A stretch of 64,000 nt of DNA from Eremomyces bilateralis CBS 781.70 (Eukaryota), in assembly GCA_010015585.1 (NCBI GenBank), contig ML975181.1; one strand, 5' to 3'. Below, piece by piece: positions 1-12,489 of the stretch; position 1 is the stretch's first letter, and every line of letters begins with the position of its first letter. Position numbers and translations under genes: made by a program. The notes beneath the pieces were generated by a model, which saw only the letters and a program-made list of their open reading frames with translations, was not told the origin of the DNA and ran no database searches.

Positions 1-1785
1 CTCTTCCTGTGAATTGAAACGCTTTCTCATGGCCAGAGCCCGTTCACGCCGAGACGCGTGGATGGAAAAATTGTCTGACAGAATGAGCGGCGAGCCACTG
101 TTCCCAGATGTAGAGTCCTGTAAAGGGAGTTGGTACGGCTTCTCATCGTCGCATTCATCGTCGATCGCGAGATCAACCTCGACTCCGAAGAGGCGGTCTC
201 TTGCGGGCGTTCCGCTAACAACCCATCGCCTTTCAGCTGTGACTAACTCGCTTGCCACTTTGACAGCATTTGAAGTGCGAGAGGAAAATTGGTGTCCTTC
301 GTCAACGATCAATCGGAGGAAATGCAGGTCCTTCAACGGGCTCTCGTAGATTCCCTCTTTTTTTATGCATGTACAATTCTTTCTTCTTGTTGCGCCCATG
401 TATTGGCAATAACATAATTTAGGAACAGTGCCTCGATAAAACCGTCTGCCAGCTGCATCCGAGCCGTCGGAGATCTCCATCTCAAATCGTTTTCGGCTTA
501 TTAGAAGTATGTCATATTTCGAAAGCTCATCGGAACTTGGAAGCTTCTGAGAATGGTCCTCGACAACTAACACTTCAAGATATAACTCATGGACGTGTTC
601 GGAGATCTGAGCCTGCCATTGATGCATGAGGTTGGAAGGAACCACGATGATTGTGGCACTACACAAGCGCTTGACCCTCGGCGGCGGCGTTATTGTATAG
701 CGATTCAAACGATAAGGAACCTGGGGAATGCTGTAAGTGGGCGGTATGGAATTAACCAGTTTTACGCAAGATTCAAATTCATTGCCGGTTTCTTGATGGA
801 TCCGGTCGAGGTGAGCTCTTGCTGGAACTCCATGTCTGTTTGCTGAGGCTATCGCCATCTCAGCCAGGCTGCCTACTCTGGGTCGAATCCGCCGTGGGGT
901 TTCGTACAGCGACGGAATCTGTGGAAGATGGTGCCTGGTGGCTAGAATGACCGCAAGACAAATGATCGATTTTCCGAGGCCCATCGTTTCAGCTAATATG
1001 CCGCCACGACAGCAGTCATAATACTGAGGATGTTTGAAGAATGACATGTCTCTCGGGCCATAGTAGTACTCTTGCCCCGTTGGACTTCGACGGGTTTCTA
1101 ATCGGGGGTCTAGCTGAAGCCCAGGAGTTGACTCTCGTTGGATCATTTGCGCCACCGAACGTGCTTGGTAGTTGTATAGCGTTGACTTGAGACCAGGAAC
1201 ATCGCCTTGGAGGAGTTCCACAGCAGCAATCTGAGAGTAACAATCGCTGATGAGAGAAGGATCGGGATTGGGTGATGGCAGAGTGTTGAACAAGTAGAAC
1301 AATGAGATATTCTCCGATGTCGACCAGACTGAGAAAGGTAAGCGCCTACCACTGATTCCATGCCAGGAATCAGGAGAGACATCTAATTCTTGAAAGAGGA
1401 CGTCGAAATGACGCTTAACCGCCATGGACTCATCGCTCAGTTTCCGTAAGGTTCGGCCCCGGACGTCCTCTGGGACGATATAGAGGCGGATATACGATCT
1501 CGAATCGTCCTCCAGCCTGTGCGGAAGACATTTGATGCGACCTGAAGTTGCCAAAAATTGCAGAGCTTGATGGATCGAAGTTGAACCGTCATCATTCGAA
1601 GTCATATCAATCGCACTGTCGATTGATCCAGGGGAAGCAGCATCTTCAGCATCGTTCTCATTGACACAGATAACGCCGAGGGGTATAAAATCGTCAAACG
1701 ACTTGTCATGACTTTGTTTAGGAACCTCACATTCCGAATTCAGAGGAGGTTGCAAATCGGAGATGGGAGCCCGGATGCCCTCCAT
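1..1785 (-). CDS. SNF2-family (Rad5/Rad16-like) helicase/ATPase, 5' part; runs off the left window edge
   Basis: Hand translation from ATG at 1785: open in the frame I read, with no stop seen before the edge (hence missing from the ORF track). Contains LYNYQ (Q-motif), GGILAETMGLGKS (motif I), ATIIVVPSNLMHQW (Ia), LRLIVDEGH (II) and RWVVSGTP (III). Confidence 0.9.
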   Translation of the reverse strand, partial: MEGIRAPISDLQPPLNSECEVPKQSHDKSFDDFIPLGVICVNENDAEDAASPGSIDSAIDMTSNDDGSTSIHQALQFLATSGRIKCLPHRLEDDSRSYIRLYIVPEDVRGRTLRKLSDESMAVKRHFDVLFQELDVSPDSWHGISGRRLPFSVWSTSENISLFYLFNTLPSPNPDPSLISDCYSQIAAVELLQGDVPGLKSTLYNYQARSVAQMIQRESTPGLQLDPRLETRRSPTGQEYYYGPRDMSFFKHPQYYDCCRGGILAETMGLGKSIICLAVILATRHHLPQIPSLYETPRRIRPRVGSLAEMAIASANRHGVPARAHLDRIHQETGNEFESCVKLVNSIPPTYSIPQVPYRLNRYTITPPPRVKRLCSATIIVVPSNLMHQWQAQISEHVHELYLEVLVVEDHSQKLPSSDELSKYDILLISRKRFEMEISDGSDAAGRRFYRGTVPKLCYCQYMGATRRKNCTCIKKEGIYESPLKDLHFLRLIVDEGHQFSSRTSNAVKVASELVTAERRWVVSGTPARDRLFGVEVDLAIDDECDDEKPYQLPLQDSTSGNSGSPLILSDNFSIHASRRERALAMRKRFNSQEE

Positions 1786-2381
1786 TGCGCTCAATGAAAA
1801 TTAGACGTTTCAGGTTCGTTCCTCTCCTTCTCAAGAAAATCATCACGGGAATGGCACTATAAATTATCCAAGATAGTTTGCTCTTGCGGAAGTAGATTTC
1901 TGAGTTCAATATGACCGAAACCAGTAGCACGGTAGGCAGACGTGGGTCTAGGGAGTAGGAGGCTAAGGCTAAACACGGGAGGATGAGGAGACACCAAGCG
2001 GCACACCAGAATGGAATTATTAACCCTCAGAGGTTAAATATGTCAGTAGTGATATATCCAACTTCTTGAAGGGCTGAGAATGTTCGTCTGTGATGGTTAA
2101 GGTTCCTTGGTATTGAAACTCAATCTCAGCCAGAAACTCAAGATTCAGCATTTATGCCAAGCAGAGCTCGTTCTGATTGGACAACAGGCTTAGTATTCTA
2201 CCGTACCAGGCTCTACGGCATCTATTTCCTCTCACTTCCTGGCAACATTCGGAAATGAGCAGTGAGTAGTATTCCTAAGGAGTACCTTAACTATCCAGAC
2301 GACGCCCATACTCTTAGGTCCTCCTATATTCCTCTCTTCTGCTGTGTGGAGTGTGGACTTTGTTCTTGTGGCTGCATTCAA

Positions 2382-2449
2382 CACGTGCTCAGTGCTCTCC
2401 ACAATGATGCACGTGCATGCATGCATGAATCTGAGTAAGCCAACACGTG
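2382..2449. promoter_or_regulatory. Cluster of three CACGTG E-boxes in the divergent SNF2/VMA2 promoter
   Basis: CACGTGC at 2382, 2410 and 2444, about 235-300 nt upstream of the VMA2 ATG. Confidence 0.45.
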
Positions 2450-2682
2450 CAATCGAATTAGGGATGAGGCGACAAGGCAACGAGGCGCTCACATCGGATC
2501 TCGTGGCCCAAGCTCCTTCGCTGCATCTCCGTCATCCCGCCAGTTCAACATCTGCCTGCATCTAGTGGAATATATCAAAGTCCGGCTTCATTTGGACGAC
2601 AAACACTAACAACCAAATCTCATACCGACCCGAATCTCTTGAACCTTCTGCAAACCGAGCGGGATCTGCCTCGCCAGCCGCC

Positions 2683-4623
<1,941 letters not shown>

Positions 4624-5266
4624 ACGGTCATTACCATGTTTATCAGCGCTTGTAATTCGGAAATTCAGTTGGCCTTGTTAGCAAGTTGATCGATATTTCG
4701 CATACTTGTTTCAAAGGATTTATTGCTTGCTTTGGTATTGGGATCGCGCTCTAGCTGCTCTAGCCATGTCGCATTAGCCAGTGGGTATTCACCAGCAAAT
4801 TACCTTTTCCCAGAAGGCGGCTATGAATATATCTTTTAAGATGAGCAGTGAAACGTCATCTTGCCTCATTGTTTGCCGCTGTTGGGCTTCTGTATCTCTG
4901 TTAATAGATATAATTGGTAGTTAACTTAGCTGTGCCTACCTAATCTTAATATCCGTATCTCGTACGATAATTAACAGCTTGCTAATTAAGATCCATGGCG
5001 GATTGGCAACTGGGGACCCATGTCCGTCAATACGGCGACGTCAACTCAATAATTCCAAGTTTGAATAGCTGTACAATACCATCAACTGTTGTACAGCAAG
5101 CAAAACTCAGTATCTGCCTGAATATACACTACATGCACAAGCAAACGACTAAACTCTACTACAAAAGACTAAGACGAAAGCCTCCGTTGTGTCATATCAC
5201 CCGCAGTCTTCAGCCAGTACCAAACTTCCCCCGGTCGAGAACCATTGTACAAAAGCCTCTGGGGTG

Positions 5267-5308
5267 ATGCAAACCAGCTTTCTAAACCGCTTTCCTGAAG
5301 TCCATTAA
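5267..5308 (+). promoter_or_regulatory. Candidate uORF (MQTSFLNRFPEVH*) in the SPX transporter leader
   Basis: ATG at 5267 to TAA at 5306-5308. It ends 2 nt before an in-frame GTG of the main ORF. Real only if the TSS lies upstream of 5267. Confidence 0.3.
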
Positions 5309-5505
5309 CCGTGGAACCCTCAACTAGTAGCTCCGGTTTGCGGAGGGACTCTGGCGGGTTCGAACTTGAACTCCTCCAAGCCGACGGTTCCGCTACCGAG
5401 CGAAGAGTCCAGCACAACCAGAGCCACGGCGTCTCCGACGCAAAACAAGCTCAATACGAACAAAAGAGGCGAGAGAAGCTCCAGCGTCTCTGGGAGGAAA
5501 GCGAG

Positions 5506-8286
5506 ATGAAGTTCTCCCATAGTTTGCAGTTCAATGCGGTCCCGGATTGGAGTAGCCAATACATTGCGTATAGCAACCTGAAGAAGCTGTGAGTGTCTCT
5601 TGGGATCCAGGTGTCACCACTGCACGGGCTAATCACTCCCGCGACATTGCAGAATCTACCAGCTTGAGAAACAGTCACATCAGCGAGGACGGACCGGGCA
5701 GGCTCAGGATGCCGAATCATCTCCGCTCTTGGACGGGACGTCCGACGACCCGGACCAGGTCTTCACCAACGCTCTCGACCAAGAACTCGACAAGATCTGC
5801 TCCTTCTACCGATTCAAGGAGCTCGAATTATATGGCGAGCTAGAACAGATTCTCAAGGATGAAGAGTCATTTGAAGACGAAGCGAGCGATTTGGAGCATG
5901 ATGCGGTCAATTCGAGTCGCATGACACAGGCGCGGCCACGGTCTTCAAGTATATTCCGAACCATGCCATTCGGCTCGGGGAGACGACGCGCGAGTACAAC
6001 CACGAGTCGAACCTCAACAGGCGGTCTAATTGAGGAAGAGGAGGATGACAGCGATGATGACGTTGATGAGAGATCTGCTCTGAAGCGGCAGAGGACAGCT
6101 GAAAGTTCCTGGGTTGGAGATTCGCAGCATGGGGATCGGGAGTCTCGGGACCTATCGCGACGGAGGACGAGCGGGGGCGCTCACGACTACAACGATATGA
6201 TGTTCTCATCCATCTACGAATCCGGCATGACGCTCAAGAAGCGCATCGTCGGCATCTACGTGTCGCTCTGCGAGCTTCGATCGTATATCCAGCTCAACCG
6301 GACCGGATTCACCAAGGTGCTGAAGAAATACGACAAGATCCTCAGCCGCAATCTCAAGCGCTCGTACATCGATCGATGTGTGGAGCCGGCCCAGCCGTTT
6401 GTGAAAGCCACCATGGACCAGCTAAACGGGAATATCGAAGAGGTGGAGAAGGCATATGCCCACATGCTGCCGTCGCAGGACGAAAGTCTCGCGAAACGTG
6501 AACTTCGGCTGCATCTACGAGAGCATGTTGTCTGGGAGCGTAATACCGTGTGGCGCGAGATGATCGGCATCGAACGACGAGCCCAAGCGGCGAATATGGG
6601 GATCAGAAACACGATGCTAGGGCAAGAAACTGATCCCGCGAAAGCGAGACTCCAAGGGGACGAGGTGGAGCCGACGACGAAGGTAATTCAGACGCCGTTG
6701 GGCGAGTATAACGTCCCGATCTGGCTGCTCAGCAAAACCATCTATGTCTTGATTGGAATTTGGGCGATCTTCCTCGCCTTGCTGTTCATCCCGATTATGA
6801 GAATGCCGGAACAGCAGAATTGTCTTGCTTTGGTGGTTATCGTCAGCCTGTTATGGGCTACGGAGGTGAGTCCCGAGCAAACAAGCCAGCGACTTCATGC
6901 TGAACCGTCGTCTAGGCCATCCCGCTCTTCGTGACCTCCTTACTTGTTCCGCTCCTTGTGGTTGTTCTTCAGGTTGTCCGAGCCGATGAGAAGCCCCATA
7001 ACCGTCTCGGATCCAAAGAGGCAGCGAAGCATGTTTTCGCTGCAATGTGGACTCCGGTGATCATGCTTCTGCTGGGCGGTTTTACGATCGCTGCCGCCTT
7101 ATCCAAGTACAATATTGCCAAAAAGATGGCGACGGTTGCGTTGAGCAAAGCTGGAACAAGTCCAAAGATCGTTCTCCTGACAAGCATGTGCGTCGCGACG
7201 TTCGCCAGCATGTGGATCAGTAATGTCGCCGCTCCCGTACTTTGCTATTCGATCATACAGGTACGATCAGTCAACATCCAGTGATTAGCAGCTCTAACTG
7301 AGATCTAGCCTATTCTTCGCAATCTTCCATCCGACTCGAACATGTCCAAGGCATTGCTCCTTGGCATTGCTCTAGCCTCGAACATCGGTGGCATGGCATC
7401 TCCGATCGCCTCGCCCCAGAATCTGATCGCACTACAGAACATGACGCCTCAGCCTGGCTGGGGTATCTGGTTCTTCATTGCGATACCGATCTCTGTTATC
7501 TCCATCCTATTGATCTGGATTCTGCTTCTCGTCACCTTCCGACCCGGCCGAAATACCACCATCGTGCCAATTCGTGCCATCAAAGAAAAATTCTCTGGCA
7601 TCCAATGGTTCATCAGCATCGTCACCGTCGCCACCATTATCCTGTGGGTTCTAAGCCATCAACTGGAGCCGATATTTGGCGATATGGGCGTGATTGCGCT
7701 TATTCCCATCGTTCTCTTCTTCGGCACCGGTATCCTGACCAAGGAAGATTTCAACAATTTCCTGTGGACGATCATTATCCTTGCCGCAGGTGGACTCGCA
7801 CTCGGCAATGCGGTTAACTCGTCTGGACTGCTCCATACCATTGCCGGGGCGATCACCACCAAAGTTGAACACCTGCCGCTCTACGCCGTGCTGGTCGTGT
7901 TCTGCACCTTGATTCTCATTGTCGCGACGTTCATCAGCCACACGGTTGCGGCCCTCATCATTCTACCTCTTGTACAGCAAATTGGCATCGGGATGGAGCA
8001 ACCGCATCCGAACCTGCTGGTAATGGGCAGTGTCCTCATGTGCTCTGCTGCGATGGGATTGCCAACGAGCGGTTTCCCTAATATGAGTAAGTCCTCCTAG
8101 TTTTATATTCTCGATCTCTAATACTAATGGATCCTTGCAGCTGCTATCATGATGGAAGACCCACAAACTGGACAGAGATATCTACGGGTCAAACACTTCA
8201 TTACCCGCGGTGTACCAGCTTCCGTGCTTACTTACATGGTTGTAATTACGGTTGGGTATGGACTGATGCTTGCTGCGGGCTTCTAG
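5506..8286 (+). CDS. PHO91: SPX-domain low-affinity phosphate transporter (Pho87/90/91 family, SLC13-type permease)
   Basis: Starts MKFSHSLQFNAVPDWSSQYIAYSNLKKL (SPX N-terminus). Contains YIQLNRTGFTKVLKKYDK, LREHVVWERNTVWREMIG, SMWISNVAAP, ASNIGGMASPIASPQN and MGLPTSGFPNM. Introns ~5589-5652, 6865-6915, 7261-7308 and 8087-8140; TAG at 8284-8286. Confidence 0.92.
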
Positions 8287-9008
8287 ACGATGGATTAAAT
8301 GCTTTGGTTTATATTCGAAGTGCTACATATCGATCCTAAAGTATAGATCGTGTAATATATGCTCTCTTTCGAGAGTTCTGAGTCGATATTCTTTTTGCCC
8401 GGCAGTGTAGGATCCGTATATCATTCGCGCTATTTGTGCTAGGGAAGCTAGGAGGAATACAGTATTGGTCCGACGGTGGTCTGGTGGCCTTTCAATTGTT
8501 TCCTGGTTTGATTTCTATTCCCAGTATCGGTTGGAATCCCTGGTTACTCATTAATACCCGTACATGTACTGGTAGATGAAGGACAACGAAGGCCGCCGGA
8601 ATGTTCGTCGCAGGGGTGTCGGCACTTTATTTCAACCACTTGACGGAATACATCTGGCCATGGTCCATCATGCAAGTCATACCGGCGCATTCATGAATTG
8701 GGCACATATCTATCATGATTGGTGTTTATTAGGAAAGGAATCGTTGTATTATATGGTGAGGAATTCTCCTATCCAAACAGGCTCCTCCTGACTCAATGAA
8801 ATCATAAAAACCTCGACGACTCCAGCTCAAACTGGCTTCCTCCAAACATATACAAACGCTGAATGAAACTCTAAAGTTCGGTGCCACTGAAAACGGCCGT
8901 CTTGACCCGAAATTCCTTCCTAAACCTTGACCGTCTTCGAAGGGAATGGACGGATGATATAAGAATCTCCTATTTAGGCCATGCCGATTTGAAAGCTGCC
9001 ATTGCCAT

Positions 9009-10343
9009 TCAAAGCCCAATGAAGCGAAGTACGGCCTCACTTTCCTCATCCCTCAACTCCTCAGCCGAGAGTTTCGGGTCCCGGAATTCGTCCTCTGGTG
9101 TCCTCTCCATGTCGTCGAACTCAAGAAGTGGGAGGCGATCCCGCACATCCCATGAACACCCGAATCTCCTCATTCTTCGAGATAGGATTCTGGGAAGCGG
9201 AAATGCTCGACGGATTTTGAGGAATATGTTGTCATCCCCATAGAACACGAATTCCTCGCGATCTGGCCAGGGCGCTACTTTCACTCCTCGGATATATTTG
9301 GCTGGAGTGTCATAAGTTGTGTCTGGATGTGGCCACGGGGCAATCAGGTTACGGGACTCGAGAATCAGCTCCTTTGAGGATTCGATGTTTGATGTGGAAT
9401 CTACCCTTGTTTCTCCCTCAGAGATAGCGGTATCCACCTGGGCGGCATTTTGTTCCAGAACTCCCTCCTCTCGCGCCAAAGATCCATCAGTCATGATCGC
9501 AGAAGTGCGATCTTCTGACTGAGTCTTCAGTGGCCCATTGTTCCTGTGGTCCTCTGGTATGAAATTTGGAGCATTTGAATTCCGGGAATGCTTTGGTTCG
9601 TACCTAAGAAAGACCTTACGCTTTCTTGCCGCAAACAACTCCTCGGATTTCCTCATCTGCTCAGAGTCACGGATGACTGTATATTTGGTATACGGCCAGT
9701 GATCCCGCCGAGGTCGTCCACCCTCCCCATACTCCGCATTCGCTGACGGGCGATGTCTGGCCCAATAATAGTCGCTATCGTCATAGACCGGATCCGGAAG
9801 TCTTTGACTGTTGCGAATTTCTGCCTCTTTCTTGGGCCGCATGGTAGTGGTATCAACGCCGCATCGCTCAAGGAATTCCCGAACCGTGTCGGGAATATAA
9901 TCGACTTCCCCCCAGTTCTCACACCAGATCGTTTCCTGTGCGAGGACAGCACTCCTGTTGGTTCGAAATTGTCGTCCGTGAAATGCGATGTGCAGTCGAG
10001 GTGCCAGTGGCTCATCCGAAGGCCTCGGCCCCTGGGTGGAAAATCGCAGGTCCGATTCATTTTGCGCTGCTCCCCATGCCTGCTCCGTTATGAATTTGGC
10101 GAATTCTCGTCGGTGCCGAACATATGATACGAAATCGCTTTCCATAATACTGTCTGAGTGCGGGAAAAGGTGTCGAAGGGTTGGGATGACTCTATCAAAG
10201 ACAGCGAAGGCATTTTTTGATCCATAGCCCTTGTCGGTGAGTGACAAGTCATCCTCCACCACCTTTGCGGCCCTGAAAATGCTGCACGTATCATGCGTTC
10301 CACCGTTGTACTGCGGTGGCGGCATCTTCCCATCAGTAGACAT
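9009..10343 (-). CDS. Hypothetical protein (~444 aa), no family recognised; 5' end uncertain
   Basis: 466-codon open frame, first ATG at 10343 (MSTDGKMPPPQ), protein-like composition. Possible upstream exons could not be resolved. Confidence 0.6.
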   Translation of the reverse strand: MSTDGKMPPPQYNGGTHDTCSIFRAAKVVEDDLSLTDKGYGSKNAFAVFDRVIPTLRHLFPHSDSIMESDFVSYVRHRREFAKFITEQAWGAAQNESDLRFSTQGPRPSDEPLAPRLHIAFHGRQFRTNRSAVLAQETIWCENWGEVDYIPDTVREFLERCGVDTTTMRPKKEAEIRNSQRLPDPVYDDSDYYWARHRPSANAEYGEGGRPRRDHWPYTKYTVIRDSEQMRKSEELFAARKRKVFLRYEPKHSRNSNAPNFIPEDHRNNGPLKTQSEDRTSAIMTDGSLAREEGVLEQNAAQVDTAISEGETRVDSTSNIESSKELILESRNLIAPWPHPDTTYDTPAKYIRGVKVAPWPDREEFVFYGDDNIFLKIRRAFPLPRILSRRMRRFGCSWDVRDRLPLLEFDDMERTPEDEFRDPKLSAEELRDEESEAVLRFIGL

Positions 10344-11288
10344 CCGCCCATCAGTACCCAGTACCAAGGAGTTGAAGGAAGTGTTGTAGGTAATAGAGTA
10401 AGATACCACAGCCAGTCGAATTCGCTACGGTGTCGAGCCTGTGTAGGTACGATTTGCTGTAGGCGCGATGTATTCCCAAAGTGCTTGTCAATGTCGACTC
10501 AGAGAGACTTCAAATCAACGATACAGGGAGACAAACCATGAGGCATTCACTCCTGATAGAGAAGAGTGATATAGGCAAATCAGTGGATAATCAATGCCTC
10601 CGGAACCTTACCCAACTCGTAGCATCTCCATATGCTCAGACGAAGGAATCATGTGCTGGTGGTACTTTTTTCCACTAATTCGCTCGTGAGAGGCAACGAC
10701 CTTTCATCATCGCGAGTGTCCCATGTGATAAGTATTAACCCGATAACCTTGATCCCATATTCTAATCATTCCTGTTGCCCGAGCGACTGTGGAGCGAATA
10801 CTATGATAACTCAACTCCCGGTTGAGGTACCTTGGTGAGGCTCCTTTCACATGCTTAAGCAGGTATATCATTCAATATGCTCTGCAGAAGAATTTGGTTT
10901 CTCTAATATGTGGTCAGGAGCGTGCCCGGAGCTGTGATAGTCCACTTGTATGCACCCTACCTTTCTTGTGAAGTGTGGCAAGATCTGTGTTCGTAGGAGA
11001 AATATGTACAGCTAAGTCCCGATGTCTAGGAATCTTCAGAATAATCCTCTATGGCATATTATGCAGACGGGGAGGCCTATGATGTTTTTCCTCTAATTTG
11101 CTTTCTATGAATATATCCTTTGAGTCAGTTCCTGGGCTCTCTGCTTGTAATATGTAAACCACTATCAATAATCTTCTAACTACCTATTTGATATACTATT
11201 AGGCCCATGTGAGAACCAAGATATTAGTATGAGTTAGTTAACTTACTCTAACTAACTATTAGGAAAAGGAATTTGAAAAACGTAAATC

Positions 11289-11320
11289 AAAAATAAACAA
11301 AAAAAAACAAAAAAAAAAAA
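11289..11320 (+). repeat. Poly(A)-rich tract
   Basis: Almost pure A run with 3 interruptions, following an AT-rich stretch. Confidence 0.8.
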
Positions 11321-12489
11321 TGACTGCAGGAAAACGATCATCGGTGCCTCCGCCCGGTCATAGGTCGACCCTATGCTAGTTTGCTACAAGAGGTCGACTG
11401 GGTCCTGTTTACACAATGCGAATGCCTATAGTTACATGGAAATTTGAAGTTATTAAATATATACCACACTACATATTCACCTGGAGTTCACCTGCCAGTC
11501 CTGGCCTATGCGAACAGCCTCCCTTGGTCCAAAAGGACTTCTCCGCCTTGAAGAACTTATGATGCAGATTCTCTGGATTAGTTCACTCTCCTAATGTACC
11601 ACAGTTCGCCCCCTATATTTTGTTTGCATACAACTCGGTTCTACTCCTCAGGTCTTCCAAGGGCGACTTCAGTCATAACAGTGACGAAACAAGGCCATCC
11701 TCCAACCCTCCGCTCCATGATTCCAAACCTTGGCCATCAATACATACAAGTCCCGACACTGTTCAACTATCGAGGAATATTCATGGCTAGTGCTGCTGTG
11801 TTCTCTACCCTCGCCTTCCGTCCCCGTTCCCCTGAATGCTTCGAACAAGTTTCGTTCAAGCATTACAATCTACATTCTATTTACTGTGTAGTGCCCGTGT
11901 TAAACAAGGCAACAAGCTGGTTCAATTTGGAGCAACCATTGGATCTATCTGCATAAAGGTCGTAGAAAGAGAAAGGCTGATTTCTCGCAACCTCTCAATT
12001 CGGGACAGAGGATGGACAAAGTGGAGAAAGACGGCAGGGATTCTGGAGGGCCGAGAAAGGTCAATTCAAATTCCACAGCAATCGAAATTCTAATCTCAGC
12101 AAGACAGCAACTACAGAGACCCATGATACACATTGATTCAACATTGGTATAGGCGAGTTCCCCTGAGAGTCGAAGCCTGAATATAAATGCGGAATGGTTC
12201 CGTAGCTCGAACTCAAGGGGCAGGGGTCGGTGGCTAAGCTACTGTCCAATCATGGCATACTCGGGCTACGGATACTCCTCCACTCCTGGCATCAGCATCA
12301 CCGGGTGTCGGGTGAGTGACCGAGGCGGAACCAAAGACGTCCCTCATTTGTTCGGAGCCATTGTTTTCTACTTCTTTAGTATTTATCGTCTATTTTTAAT
12401 CTAGCATTTTTCTCAAACTAGGTTGGTCTTAGGAATTCGCTTAGCATCCCGCCTCAGGAACCAAACGAACAGTCCTATATCAAACCAAG

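Noticed and set aside
8576..8791. TLFQPLDG resembling the QPLD motif of pogo/Fot1 transposases
   Set aside because: Only four matching residues, with no other DDE motifs or TIRs nearby.
11594..12249. Cluster of short overlapping ORFs
   Set aside because: No consistent spliced model or motif; cannot be distinguished from non-coding DNA.
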